This document shows positions 1 to 9,502 of a stretch of 64,000 nt of DNA, piece after piece. The notes under the pieces are model-generated. The model did not search any database, had not been told where the DNA came from, and saw nothing but the letters and a program-made list of their open reading frames with translations. The DNA comes from Oscillospiraceae bacterium (GTDB lineage: Bacteria > Bacillota > Clostridia > Oscillospirales > SIG627): assembly GCA_015063985.1 (NCBI GenBank), contig SVTC01000002.1:67475-131474 (forward strand). The letters are read 5' to 3'. The translations under genes were made by a program, and so were the position numbers. How positions within the stretch are numbered: position 1 is the first letter of the stretch; every line of letters starts with the position of its first letter.

Positions 1-270
1 GAGACCGAAAAGGGTGTTCTTACTTCCTGCTTCAAAGACAAAAAAATAAGCTTCTTCGAAGACAGAATCGAAATCATAAACGATAAGCTCATTCTTTATA
101 GAAATTCATTTCCCGAAAAAGCAAAATGTCTTTCGGACAGGATTCTGTTTGAATATAAAGATCACAGCTACAGCCTTATCGTAGAGGGTGCAAAAATCAC
201 CCCCGGAGAAAAAGAGATAATCCTTACCAAAACGGAAGATAAGATAGTTCTCTACCCCAAAAAGGGATAA
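1..270 (+). CDS. 3' end of a hypothetical protein (partial, runs off the window start)
   Basis: Frame 1 is open from base 1 (ETEKGVLTSCFKDKK...IVLYPKKG) to TAA at 268-270, followed by a hairpin. Confidence 0.7.
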   Translation, partial: ETEKGVLTSCFKDKKISFFEDRIEIINDKLILYRNSFPEKAKCLSDRILFEYKDHSYSLIVEGAKITPGEKEIILTKTEDKIVLYPKKG

Positions 271-274
271 AAGC

Positions 275-305
275 TTCACCGCTGATTTCTCAGCGGTGAT
301 TTTTC
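275..305. terminator. Hairpin between convergent genes, overlapping the AraC stop
   Basis: TCACCGCTGA-tttc-TCAGCGGTGA inverted repeat followed by a T-tract. Confidence 0.6.
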
Positions 306-1027
306 TTTTCGATAAGGGAAATATATTGCTTCGGAGAATAACCGAACTGCTTTTTGAATGCTTTGCTAAAGGAATAAGGCGAGGAAAATTCCAGCTGATG
401 AGAAACACTTCCGATCTTTTCGCCGTCTCTGAGCTTTTCCAAAGCCAAGCCAAATCTTTTCATTTCGGAATATTGCTTTGGTGTAACCCGAAACGCAGCC
501 TTGAATACTCTTGTGATGTGCTCTCTGGTATATCCGAGATCACGGCTGATTTCTTTCATATCGAGGCTTTTTTCCCTAAGATCAAGATAAGCCTTTATTC
601 TATAGGCAAGAGAACTGTCGGAGGTGATCTCATCAGATATCAAAGAAAGCAAAAACCCGATCACTTTTGAAAGTAACTCTCTATCCTCGCTTCTGATATA
701 TTTTCTCCAAAGCAAAACCGCATCCGCCAAGAGGCTGTTTTCAGGCACCTCTATTTTTGTAAAAGCGCTGACCTCGGGGACGGTGGTAACGTGGGAATAG
801 GTATGAAGAAGCTTATTATCCGGGTTTTCATAAAGATCAAAGCTTTTTCTGACGGGAGTGAGATATATGCAATTTTTCTCAAATCTCACTGCTTTGCCGT
901 TCTCCTTATAATAGGCTTCGCCGTCAAGGATATAATAGAGTCTTGAAAATCCCACGTTTACGTTTTTGAATACCCAATTGGGCGTGGTATAGGATTCGTC
1001 GGAAAGAAGAATTTGTTTTAATATCAT
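290..1027 (-). CDS. AraC family transcriptional regulator
   Basis: Cupin-like N-terminus (RLYYILDGEA) and double HTH C-terminus (HITRVFK...FSSPYSFSKAFKKQFGYSPKQY). Start trimmed to ATG 1027 because the longer ORF overlaps the divergent gene. Confidence 0.88.
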   Translation of the reverse strand: MILKQILLSDESYTTPNWVFKNVNVGFSRLYYILDGEAYYKENGKAVRFEKNCIYLTPVRKSFDLYENPDNKLLHTYSHVTTVPEVSAFTKIEVPENSLLADAVLLWRKYIRSEDRELLSKVIGFLLSLISDEITSDSSLAYRIKAYLDLREKSLDMKEISRDLGYTREHITRVFKAAFRVTPKQYSEMKRFGLALEKLRDGEKIGSVSHQLEFSSPYSFSKAFKKQFGYSPKQYISLIEKKNHR

Positions 1028-1198
1028 AACTACACTATACACCAATCCCCGAACTTTGTCAATAAAATCAATCCATTTAAACCGTCGTTTTTCCGACGGC
1101 GCTCCTTTGTAGTACGCTATTGACTTTTTTGAATAATTTTGATAAAATTTAAGTATCTTAAAATTAGAAACCGATAAATTCAAAAAAGGAAAATTCTG

Positions 1199-1960
1199 AT
1201 GAATTACGATGAAATAATCGAGCTTGTTAAAAGCACAAAGAGCATTATAGAAAACGAAAGCCTGAAAGCAGACGTTCACATGAAGGGCAGTGCGGACTTT
1301 GTTACCGCAGTGGATATTTCCATAAGCAATTATCTTAAAGAAAAGCTCCACGAGCTTTATCCCGACGTCGGCTTTTTCTCCGAGGAGGAGGCAGGAAGGC
1401 TTCACGAAAAATGCTGGATCCTGGATCCCATAGACGGCACCACAAATCTTGTATACGGCTACAATATGAGCTCTGTGTCGCTGGCGCTTTACATGGAGGA
1501 TAAGGTGGTATTCGGTGTGGTATACAACCCCTTTTCCGAGGAGTGCTACACTGCAAAGCACGGTGAGGGTGCATACCTTAACGGTAAGGCGATCTCGGTC
1601 TCAAAAAGAACTCTTTCGGAGAGCATAATCGAATTCGGAGCGGGAAGCACCAGAAAGCAGGAGGCGGAAAAAAGCTTTAAATTGGGCTGTGAGATCTTCA
1701 AGCGCTGTGTGGATATCCGCAGGATCTGCTCCTCCGCCTTGGATCTTTGCTTTATTGCCGCAGGAAGGATCGACGGCTATTTCGAATCCAAGCTAAAGCC
1801 CTGGGACTATGCGGCGGGAAGCCTGATCTTAAGCGAGGCGGGCGGAAAAACGACCGACTACGACGGCAATCCCATCCCCATGGACGTCCCCTCCTCGATA
1901 ATCTGTACCAATGGAATAATTCACGACGAGCTTTGTCTGATAATTAAGGAAAACAGGTAA
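1199..1960 (+). CDS. suhB: Inositol monophosphatase family protein
   Basis: DFVT, SEE, WILDPIDGTTN and KPWDYAAG motifs. Confidence 0.9.
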   Translation: MNYDEIIELVKSTKSIIENESLKADVHMKGSADFVTAVDISISNYLKEKLHELYPDVGFFSEEEAGRLHEKCWILDPIDGTTNLVYGYNMSSVSLALYMEDKVVFGVVYNPFSEECYTAKHGEGAYLNGKAISVSKRTLSESIIEFGAGSTRKQEAEKSFKLGCEIFKRCVDIRRICSSALDLCFIAAGRIDGYFESKLKPWDYAAGSLILSEAGGKTTDYDGNPIPMDVPSSIICTNGIIHDELCLIIKENR

Positions 1961-1968
1961 AAGACATC

Positions 1969-3225
1969 ATGGGAAGTATAAAAAAAGGGGAAAAGCCCGA
2001 CCATAAAAAAATAATAACCGGTCTTGCGATCGGCGCCGTGCTCACCATGGTGGAGGTATATCTGAGCAACATCTCCGGAGGAAAGAGTGCTCTGTTATGG
2101 CTGGCAGACCTTATTTTCGGCAGCATTCGGGATGAGGGTGTAATAAACCTTATTCTCACTGTTGAAGAGATCGCTTTTTTGGGTCTGTCATACGGAGTAA
2201 TATACTATCTGATATATTTTCCGTATAAGCTTATCTGGAAGCTGAAAAACAAGGAGCACTACCTTAAGGGAGCCTGGCTTCATATCCATGACAAGGAAGA
2301 TCCGAAGATTGGTGTGGTGGATATAGATCAAGAGTTTTACGATCTTTCCGTCAGCGCCAAAAACATTCGTCCCGGCTCAAGAAATCACACGGAAAATCAG
2401 ACGACCTGGTATTACATTGCCGCAGATTTCGAGCCCGAGGGCTCTATGGAAGATAAGCTTGTGGGGTGCTATCTTGCTCATAGAGACGGCGAAAGAAATA
2501 AGTACGGCGTGCATCTTTTCAAGGACGTAAAGAAAAACGAAAAGGGCTACGTCAACCACCTTGAAGGAAACTTCGGAGACACCTTCCGAAACGAGGATAT
2601 CCGAAACGCCAACGGTATAGACAGAACCGGAAAGCTTTACCTTTTCAAGATGCCCGATTGTATTAAAAAATATATAGAATACAAAAATTCGGATTCCTTT
2701 AACAAGGTCAAGCTTTCCTGCATTATTGACGATGTAAACTCTCTTGATGATACCGCAAAAGCAGAAGAGATTAAAAATACCGATTTTTATAAAACGCTCA
2801 AAAAGGTGATCCAAAAAAACAATTGCCGAAAAAAACACAGACTTTTGACAGAAAATCTGGATCGGCTCGATAACCGCGAGGTAAACACACAAACGGTTGA
2901 CCGTTGTCTTGCAATGATACTCTGCAAGGTCAGCCTTTGCGACGAAAGCCTGCACAAAAACGAGCTTGACAATTTAAACCACATTTTGGGAACCTATTGG
3001 AACGAGGATTACATAAGAGAGGTGTCCCGAAGCGTAAGATATCCATCCTGCGACGAGCTGGGAGTTGAAGAATTCCTCTCCTCCTTCAAGAGCTTTAACA
3101 CTGCCCTTTGGGAGGATCTCAAAGAGCTTGTCATTTGCGCCACAAAATGTATTATTCAATCCGATGACCGAAGAAGCACCGAGGAAACAAAGTGCCAGCA
3201 AATGATCGAGAATTTGTTTAAGTGA
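1969..3225 (+). CDS. Membrane protein: 2 TM + putative Cap15/S-2TM-beta-like barrel + C-terminal TerB-like domain
   Basis: Two hydrophobic N-terminal segments, then LKGAW...IDQEF...YG...LEGNF...RTGKLYL pattern and two TerB-like D-x6-E helical motifs. The ORF is solid; domain calls are by eye. Confidence 0.6.
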   Translation: MGSIKKGEKPDHKKIITGLAIGAVLTMVEVYLSNISGGKSALLWLADLIFGSIRDEGVINLILTVEEIAFLGLSYGVIYYLIYFPYKLIWKLKNKEHYLKGAWLHIHDKEDPKIGVVDIDQEFYDLSVSAKNIRPGSRNHTENQTTWYYIAADFEPEGSMEDKLVGCYLAHRDGERNKYGVHLFKDVKKNEKGYVNHLEGNFGDTFRNEDIRNANGIDRTGKLYLFKMPDCIKKYIEYKNSDSFNKVKLSCIIDDVNSLDDTAKAEEIKNTDFYKTLKKVIQKNNCRKKHRLLTENLDRLDNREVNTQTVDRCLAMILCKVSLCDESLHKNELDNLNHILGTYWNEDYIREVSRSVRYPSCDELGVEEFLSSFKSFNTALWEDLKELVICATKCIIQSDDRRSTEETKCQQMIENLFK

Positions 3226-3233
3226 ATATAGCT

Positions 3234-3275
3234 AAGGGGGTGACCGAAGTCAGCCCCTTTTTGTTTTTATATTGA
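3234..3275 (+). terminator. Intrinsic terminator
   Basis: AAGGGGGTGAC-cgaa-GTCAGCCCCTT followed by a T-rich tract. Confidence 0.75.
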
Positions 3276-3281
3276 GCCCTG

Positions 3282-4040
3282 TCCACCTTTTTGAAAAAAG
3301 GTGGAGCCAACTTACTTTTTTGAAAAAAAGTAAGCAAAAAATTTTTAATGTCGATTGGGTCAAGATATAACATCGTGCTCGAAAGGTGTGTTTTTGCAAA
3401 AATTGTAGAGATCGGCGTCCACGACGGTCCGAGATACGTTAAAATTTTGAGTTGGTGCGTAAGTTCCAAAGGAAGTGCAAAACCTCACTCTCGCAGGCTC
3501 CTTCCACCACCGCGTGAACGCGGCGGTCCCCCTCCCTCTCGGATGGAGGCATAGGGGGAAGCGCGAACAAAGCGGGAAAGGGAGAAGAATAAATTCGGGA
3601 GGGCACAATGCCCTCCCATACGGATTGGTTTAATTTTAAAGTTTGTGCGCAAATTTGGAAAAAGGTTGGATTTTAATCTTTTCAAAAGGACCGTCGGGGA
3701 CGTCCCTACAAATTTAATTGAGATAAACCCATATTTTTCGAAAGGTTACGAGTGTAAATTTACAAAGTAACCGATCGAACGTTATGTTCGTATTAAAAAC
3801 CGCCGAGATTGAAAGTTGATGTTTGGAGTTATTTTGAGTTGGTAAAAGCTCTTGAAGAAGATAATTATAGCACGCATTGAACATACAAAGAGGCTCCACC
3901 TCTGGGGGAGCTGTCGCGTTAGCGACTGAGAGGGCAAATTTAAACAACAAATTTTTACAAAATACCCATCGAGCGCTGTGTTCGCACTACACGGCATCGA
4001 ATTAAAAGTTTTTGGGCCTACCTTTTTTCAAAAAGGTAGG
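3282..4040. repeat. Intergenic cluster of REP-like palindromes, bracketed by two inverted copies of the AT-rich hairpin repeat
   Basis: AT-rich repeat at 3282-3360 (+) and ~3950-4040 (-); GC-rich hairpins at ~3493-3555, ~3597-3618, ~3688-3710 and ~3890-3935. Confidence 0.75.
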
Positions 4041-4694
4041 TTAAAAATTCTTCAGCTCATCCTTAAGAACGCCCTTCAGATATTCACCGTAAATATCATA
4101 GCCGTCCTGACTAAAGTGAACTCCGTCCTTGATAAATATGTCCTTTCTCATAAGGGGCTCGCACTCAAAGGGATCGAAGAAGGTACAGTTGGGAGTCTTT
4201 TCGCAGAATTTTTTCATTTCGGCGTTTTGCCACTCTCTGTCCCTGAGGTACTCCTCATTCATATCCCTTTTGGGGTTAAATCCGCTTAAATAAATACGGC
4301 AATCGGGAAAATCGGTAAGAGTGTAGATAATAACTCTCTGAGCAAGCTCCCAGGATTCCTTGGCGGAGTAACCGAAAGCCTCGTAATTACCAGGGCAATA
4401 GTATACCAACACCTTGGGCTCCAAGGGCTTTACCATTCTGTGATAATAATAGAGCTGATGCTCCGAGCAGCTCGAGCCAAATCCGCGGTTTACCGCACAA
4501 GGCTTTCCGCTTGCACCCAAAATACATTCACGCAGCGGCTTCATACCGTATTTCGGATCCCAACGGGTGAAGTTGGAGGGTCCGTAGAACACTATCTGTC
4601 CCTTTTCAAGAGGCTGTGCCTCATATGCTTGCACCGCGTTTTCCATGGAGTCCTTCCAGATCTCAATAAACCTTAATCCAACTTTTACAGGCAT
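4041..4694 (-). CDS. SGNH/GDSL-type hydrolase
   Basis: VFYGPSNF (block I), NRGFG (II), GN (III), KDGVHFSQDGY (V). Confidence 0.8.
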   Translation of the reverse strand: MPVKVGLRFIEIWKDSMENAVQAYEAQPLEKGQIVFYGPSNFTRWDPKYGMKPLRECILGASGKPCAVNRGFGSSCSEHQLYYYHRMVKPLEPKVLVYYCPGNYEAFGYSAKESWELAQRVIIYTLTDFPDCRIYLSGFNPKRDMNEEYLRDREWQNAEMKKFCEKTPNCTFFDPFECEPLMRKDIFIKDGVHFSQDGYDIYGEYLKGVLKDELKNF

Positions 4695-4829
4695 GGTTTT
4701 TTCTCCTTAGAAGAATTTCTTTTTTATATCTTAGCACAGTAAAGGGTATTTTTCAATATAATTATTGAAAAAAGGAAAAAAATGTGCTATACTTTCCTAT
4801 ACAGATCCTCAAAGAAAAAGGAGAAAAAA

Positions 4830-5450
4830 ATGAAAACGCTCAAGCTTTTAGGCAAAAGGGTTGAGCTCGACCAATGCCCTGTTTTAATGGAATACAGTCC
4901 CGAGGAAAACTTCCTTGACAAATGGCAGGTAATGCTGGGAAATTGGGAATATTCCGACGGCTGGCTGATCGGCACCGAGCCCGGCAATCAAGGCGGAATA
5001 CTCTTCTCAAGGGAAAGCTACGACGAAGACATAATCTTCAGCTTCACCGCCAAGACCGTACTTCCCGCAACAAGGGACGTCAACGCCCTTTTCTGCGCCC
5101 ATTGGGATAAGGATATAGATTATCTGGGCAATGCATACATAATCGGCCTCAACGGCTGGTACGATCACAAAAGCGGCATAGAGCGCAGCCCCGAAACAGG
5201 TCTTCGCTGCCTTAACGATGCCTACCGATATACCCCCGGCTCCGAGGTAAGGATCACAACGGGCATTATCAAGGATCATCTTTTCCTTTATGCCGACGAC
5301 ACTCTTGTTACAGAGCTTATCGACCCCCATTATATCTCGGGCGGTCACGTAGGCTTTTCTCCCTATTGCACAAAGCTTGCAATAAAGGATATAAAGGTAC
5401 AAAAGGCAGTCTATACTCCCATCCGACAAAGCTACAATCCGGAATTTTAA
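4830..5450 (+). CDS. Hypothetical beta-sandwich (concanavalin/LamG/DUF1080-like) protein
   Basis: AAGGAG before ATG 4830; GNWEYSDGWL and GGHVGF...IKDIKV patterns. Confidence 0.6.
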   Translation: MKTLKLLGKRVELDQCPVLMEYSPEENFLDKWQVMLGNWEYSDGWLIGTEPGNQGGILFSRESYDEDIIFSFTAKTVLPATRDVNALFCAHWDKDIDYLGNAYIIGLNGWYDHKSGIERSPETGLRCLNDAYRYTPGSEVRITTGIIKDHLFLYADDTLVTELIDPHYISGGHVGFSPYCTKLAIKDIKVQKAVYTPIRQSYNPEF

Positions 5451-5473
5451 ATATTATTTAAGGAGAATATAAA

Positions 5474-5698
5474 ATGGACATCAAACAAAAGATCACAGAG
5501 CTTACCGACAAGATCAAATCCGACCCCAAGCTTCTTGAGAGCTTCAAATCAGAGCCTATAAAGACAGTGGAATCCCTTATCGGCATCGACCTTCCCGACG
5601 ATCAGATCAAGGGCCTTGTGGACGGAATAAAGGCAAAGATCTCCCTCGGCGGCATCTCCGATGCACTGGGCGGTCTTGGCGGTCTTTTTAAGAAATAA
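5474..5698 (+). CDS. Small hypothetical protein (74 aa)
   Basis: Strong AAGGAG SD, genome-typical codons, C-terminal LGGLGGLFKK. Confidence 0.75.
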   Translation: MDIKQKITELTDKIKSDPKLLESFKSEPIKTVESLIGIDLPDDQIKGLVDGIKAKISLGGISDALGGLGGLFKK

Positions 5699-5702
5699 GA
5701 CC

Positions 5703-5756
5703 AAATAAAAAAGGATGGTTCATTGGCTCAACGCCTTTGATCCATCCTTATTTTTT
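5703..5756. terminator. Bidirectional terminator
   Basis: AAGGATGG...CCATCCTT stem with A/T tracts, between convergent genes. Confidence 0.6.
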
Positions 5757-7431
5757 ATTCTCTGCCGTCTAAAAGCTCTATGGCGTTTTGCCTTGCGGTC
5801 TCGGTAACGTTTATGCCTCCCAGTATCCTGCTCAGCTCCTCGATGCGCTCTGCTCTGCCCAGCTTTCTTGCGCTGCTGACGGTATTTTCACCGTCAAAGG
5901 CCTTTTCAAGCTTATAATGCTCCGAGGCAAGGGATGCTATCTGCGCCGAATGGGTAACGGCTATTATCTGGTTCGTCTTTGCCATTTCCGAAAGCAAAAT
6001 GCCTATTTTTCTGGAGGTCTTTCCCGAAATACCGGTGTCGATCTCATCAAAGATCAGGGTCGCGCTTTCTTTTTTTGTGGCAAGAGCGCTTTTCAGCGCC
6101 AGCATTACTCTTCCGAGCTCACCGCCGGAGGCAATATTACCCAGCGGACAAGCATCCTCGCCCTCATTGGTACGGATATAAAAGCTGACCCTGCTCCTTC
6201 CCTGAGGACAAAGCTCTTCCTCGGGAATAAATTTCACAAGGAACAAAGCCTTTTCCATATCAAGGAACTCAAGCCTTGCTTTTACCTCTCTTTCAAGAAT
6301 TCCTCCAAGAGCCATTCTTGACGCCTCCAGCTTTCCGGCAACAGTAAGGGCAAGCTTTTTCTGCTCCTCCAGCTGCTTTTCAAGCCTTCCGATGGCATTT
6401 GCACTGTCGTTTATAAGCTCAAATTCCTCCTTTGAGCTTTCAAGAAGCTCTATAAGCTCCTTTTCATTGCAGGAATACTTCTTTTTCAAGCGCCTGATGA
6501 GATTGATCCTATCGCTGATCTTTTCCATCAGCTTCTCATTGCTGTCACCGTCATCGGGACATATTCCGTCAAGCTCCTCCATAAGAGCCTCAAGCTCAAA
6601 GCCAAGCTGCTCAAATCTTTGGGAAAGCCTGCTTATACTCTCGCCAACGTCTCCCAATGCCGCAAGCTTTGCACTTGCAAGCATGATCCTTTCTCTTGCA
6701 CCCTTTTGCTTTTCGCTTCCGTTTACCGCAGTGCGAACGTACTGTGCGGCGGCACTCAGCTTACCCGAGTTTTCCAGGAGGCGATACTTTTCCCAAAGTC
6801 TGTCCTCCTCGTCGTGCTTGACGTTAGCAGCGCTCAGCTCCTTTACAAGGGTACGCAGATAATCCTTTTTCATTCTGCCTTCGGTAACCGTACGGCGGGT
6901 ATCCTCCAGCTTTTTCTTAAGCTCGCAGTACCTCTCGTATTCCTTTTCGTAGTTCTCCAAAAGCAAAAGATGATCGCCGTCTCCCAAGCCGTCCACGTAT
7001 CCGCAGTGATTCTGACTGTCGGCAAGAGAGTGAGTTTTGTGCTGACTGTGCATATGCAAAAGCTCCGCACCCACAGATCTGAGCACTGCAAGGCTGACCG
7101 CCTCGGAATTGACAAAGCATCTGGATCTGCCGTCTGAGCTTATCCTTCTGCCAAGAGAAACACAGCTTTCCCCGTCTCCCAAGCCCATTTCCTCAAGCTT
7201 TTTGGAAAGCTCCGGGGATATACCGTCAAAAAGAGCCGTGACCTTACATTCATTTTCTCCCTTGCTTACAAAGCCCGCCGGAGTTTTTTCTCCGCAAAGA
7301 AGCCCCAAAGCGGTTACGAAAACACTCTTTCCCGCTCCCGTTTCACCTGTCACCGCACAAAATCCGCCGTCGAAGGCAAGCTTTGCAGATCTGAGCAAAG
7401 CCGCATTAACAACGTTTATTTCGCAGATCAT
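5755..7431 (-). CDS. recN: DNA repair protein RecN
   Basis: TGETGAGKS Walker A, ASGGE signature, LIFDEIDTGISG, VTHSAQIA. Confidence 0.95.
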   Translation of the reverse strand: MICEINVVNAALLRSAKLAFDGGFCAVTGETGAGKSVFVTALGLLCGEKTPAGFVSKGENECKVTALFDGISPELSKKLEEMGLGDGESCVSLGRRISSDGRSRCFVNSEAVSLAVLRSVGAELLHMHSQHKTHSLADSQNHCGYVDGLGDGDHLLLLENYEKEYERYCELKKKLEDTRRTVTEGRMKKDYLRTLVKELSAANVKHDEEDRLWEKYRLLENSGKLSAAAQYVRTAVNGSEKQKGARERIMLASAKLAALGDVGESISRLSQRFEQLGFELEALMEELDGICPDDGDSNEKLMEKISDRINLIRRLKKKYSCNEKELIELLESSKEEFELINDSANAIGRLEKQLEEQKKLALTVAGKLEASRMALGGILEREVKARLEFLDMEKALFLVKFIPEEELCPQGRSRVSFYIRTNEGEDACPLGNIASGGELGRVMLALKSALATKKESATLIFDEIDTGISGKTSRKIGILLSEMAKTNQIIAVTHSAQIASLASEHYKLEKAFDGENTVSSARKLGRAERIEELSRILGGINVTETARQNAIELLDGRE

Positions 7432-7904
7432 TTCCTTATTGCTCCCATACCGATAAGCTCCTGAAGCTTTCTGATAACGTTATCGACCTCAGTAATGTCA
7501 CTTACTGCCAGAAACACGGTGTCGTCGCCCGCAATGGAGCCCGCTATCTGCTTATAGCCCTGAGAATCTATTGCGGCACAAGCCGCCTGAGCCGCACCGG
7601 GAATGGTCTTAACTATTACAAGATTTCCCGCACCCGCCACGCTGAGAGCCACTTGCCCAAGCACCGTGCGGAATTTTCCCTTCTCCTGATATTCTATGCC
7701 CGTTTCGGCAACTGTGGCATATTTATACCTTCCGTCCGACAAGGCAACCTTGGTAAGTCTGAGCTTTTTTATGTCTCTGGATACCGTCGCCTGAGTTACG
7801 TCGTAGCCGTCCTCCTTCAAAAGAGCCTGAAGCTCCTCCTGAGTCTCTATCTCTCTTTCCTTGACAAGCTCAACTATTCTTGTCTGTCTGGGATTCTTTG
7901 ACAT
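7428..7904 (-). CDS. argR: Arginine repressor
   Basis: TQEEL, VTQATVSRDI, GSIAGDDT motifs. Confidence 0.95.
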   Translation of the reverse strand: MSKNPRQTRIVELVKEREIETQEELQALLKEDGYDVTQATVSRDIKKLRLTKVALSDGRYKYATVAETGIEYQEKGKFRTVLGQVALSVAGAGNLVIVKTIPGAAQAACAAIDSQGYKQIAGSIAGDDTVFLAVSDITEVDNVIRKLQELIGMGAIRK

Positions 7905-7924
7905 TTCTCTTTACCCTTCCTTTT

Positions 7925-8755
7925 TTACATAGAAAAATAATTCTTAACCGCAGAATAAAACTGTCTGTCATGCAAAACCACAAGCTTGGCACAGGTATTG
8001 GATGCCCTGATCGTAAGCTTGCTTCGAGAGTCAAAATTCGAAAAATATTTTCCGTCGACGTATACGCTTGCCACTGCATCCGTTTCGTCAATGCAAAGCT
8101 CGCTGTCCCTGCCGAATACTATAGGTCTTGCACCCAAGGAGTGGGCGCAGATGGGTACCGACAAAATAAGCTCCAGCCCCGGATCCATAACTGGACCGCC
8201 CGCCGACAGAGAGTAGGCAGTGGAGCCTGTGGGTGTGGATATGATTATACCGTCGGCTCTGAAGGTTCCCAGACTTCTTCCGTTTTCGCTCAGAGAAAGG
8301 CTCAACATCTTCTTTTGTATCTGATGACAGACAACAACGTCGTTAAGCGCCGTCTCCGCCAAGCCGCCGTTTATGCTGACGTCAAGCATCATTCGCTTTT
8401 CACAGCTGTAGTCACCCTCAAAAAGCTTTTTTAAAAGCTCCAGCTCTCCAAGCTCAACACCGCTCATATATCCTACCTTGCCCATATTTACTCCAAGGAT
8501 CGGAATGTCCCTTTTACTGCAGGGCTTTGCGGCTGAAAGTATGGTGCCGTCCCCGCCGATCACCACGGTCAGCTCGGTTCCCTCAAGAAGCTCATCCAAG
8601 GTCTCGCACTGCCTTACGTATTGGGGAGCCTTTGGCATATCGCTTGACCTCACCTTTAGCTCGGCTCCGTATTGATGTAAGATCTCAGCCACCCTAATGC
8701 TGACCGCAAAATCATGATCCTTTTTCTGATTGGGCCACAGGGCAATGTTTTTCAT
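7925..8755 (-). CDS. nadK: NAD(+) kinase
   Basis: GGDGT, ALND, STPTGSTAYSLSAGGP. Confidence 0.95.
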   Translation of the reverse strand: MKNIALWPNQKKDHDFAVSIRVAEILHQYGAELKVRSSDMPKAPQYVRQCETLDELLEGTELTVVIGGDGTILSAAKPCSKRDIPILGVNMGKVGYMSGVELGELELLKKLFEGDYSCEKRMMLDVSINGGLAETALNDVVVCHQIQKKMLSLSLSENGRSLGTFRADGIIISTPTGSTAYSLSAGGPVMDPGLELILSVPICAHSLGARPIVFGRDSELCIDETDAVASVYVDGKYFSNFDSRSKLTIRASNTCAKLVVLHDRQFYSAVKNYFSM

Positions 8756-8761
8756 TATTGT

Positions 8762-9502
8762 TCACGTCTCCTTTTTTCTTTTGACGCTGTACTGCAAAAA
8801 TTCCTTGTTACCGTCTCCGCCCTCTATGGGGGATTCTATAATTCCCTTTATTTCAAAGCCCCTTTCCTCAAGCTTAAGCTTAAGACCGTGGCAAGCGCTT
8901 TGAATAGCCGCAGGCTTTTTCACAATGCCGTTTTTCCCCAGATTCTCTCTTCCCACCTCAAATTGGGGCTTTATCAGGGAAACGAACTCTCCGCCCTCGG
9001 GCAGAATATCAAATACCGCATCGTAAAGAAGAGCCTGGCTGATAAAGCTTACGTCCATAACTACCATCTGCACAGCCTCGGGAAAGCTATCCCGACCAAG
9101 CTCTCTGGCATTGGTATTTTCCATTACCGCCACTCTTTTATCAAATCTAAGCTTGGGGTGGAGCTGAGCGGTTCCAACGTCCACGCAATATGCCTTTTTT
9201 GCTCCTCTTTGAAGCATACAGTGGGAAAAGCCTCCGGTGCTTGCTCCTATATCGCAAAATACCTTACCCTCAACGTCGATACCAAAGGCATCCAGAGCCG
9301 CCTCCAGCTTAAGACCGCCTCGGCTGACGTATCTTGTAAGGGGCGAATCCTTAACCTCTATAAGACAAAAGGTCTCCAGCTCCTCGGAGGGCTTTTTAAC
9401 CTTGATCCCGTTGGCAAAGACCCTTCCCTCGCGAATAAGCTTTCCCGCAAGAGTCCTGCTTTCACAGTGCCCGTAAAGGTGCAAAAGAACGTCCGCCCTC
9501 AT
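8762..9502 (-). CDS. tlyA: TlyA family rRNA methyltransferase
   Basis: S4-like N-terminus, YVSRGGLKL, DIGASTGGF, LIKPQFE, GNKEFL. Confidence 0.93.
   Translation of the reverse strand: MRADVLLHLYGHCESRTLAGKLIREGRVFANGIKVKKPSEELETFCLIEVKDSPLTRYVSRGGLKLEAALDAFGIDVEGKVFCDIGASTGGFSHCMLQRGAKKAYCVDVGTAQLHPKLRFDKRVAVMENTNARELGRDSFPEAVQMVVMDVSFISQALLYDAVFDILPEGGEFVSLIKPQFEVGRENLGKNGIVKKPAAIQSACHGLKLKLEERGFEIKGIIESPIEGGDGNKEFLQYSVKRKKET

Noticed and set aside
1028-1561. N-terminal extension of the 423-aa AraC ORF
   Set aside because: It overlaps suhB antisense and the AT-rich divergent promoter region; the AraC-sized protein starts at 1027.
3218-3997. Small ORFs in repeat regions (also 17352-17534, 41399-41971, 51326-51535)
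   Set aside because: They are translations of palindromic repeats, with no clear SD or protein-like composition.
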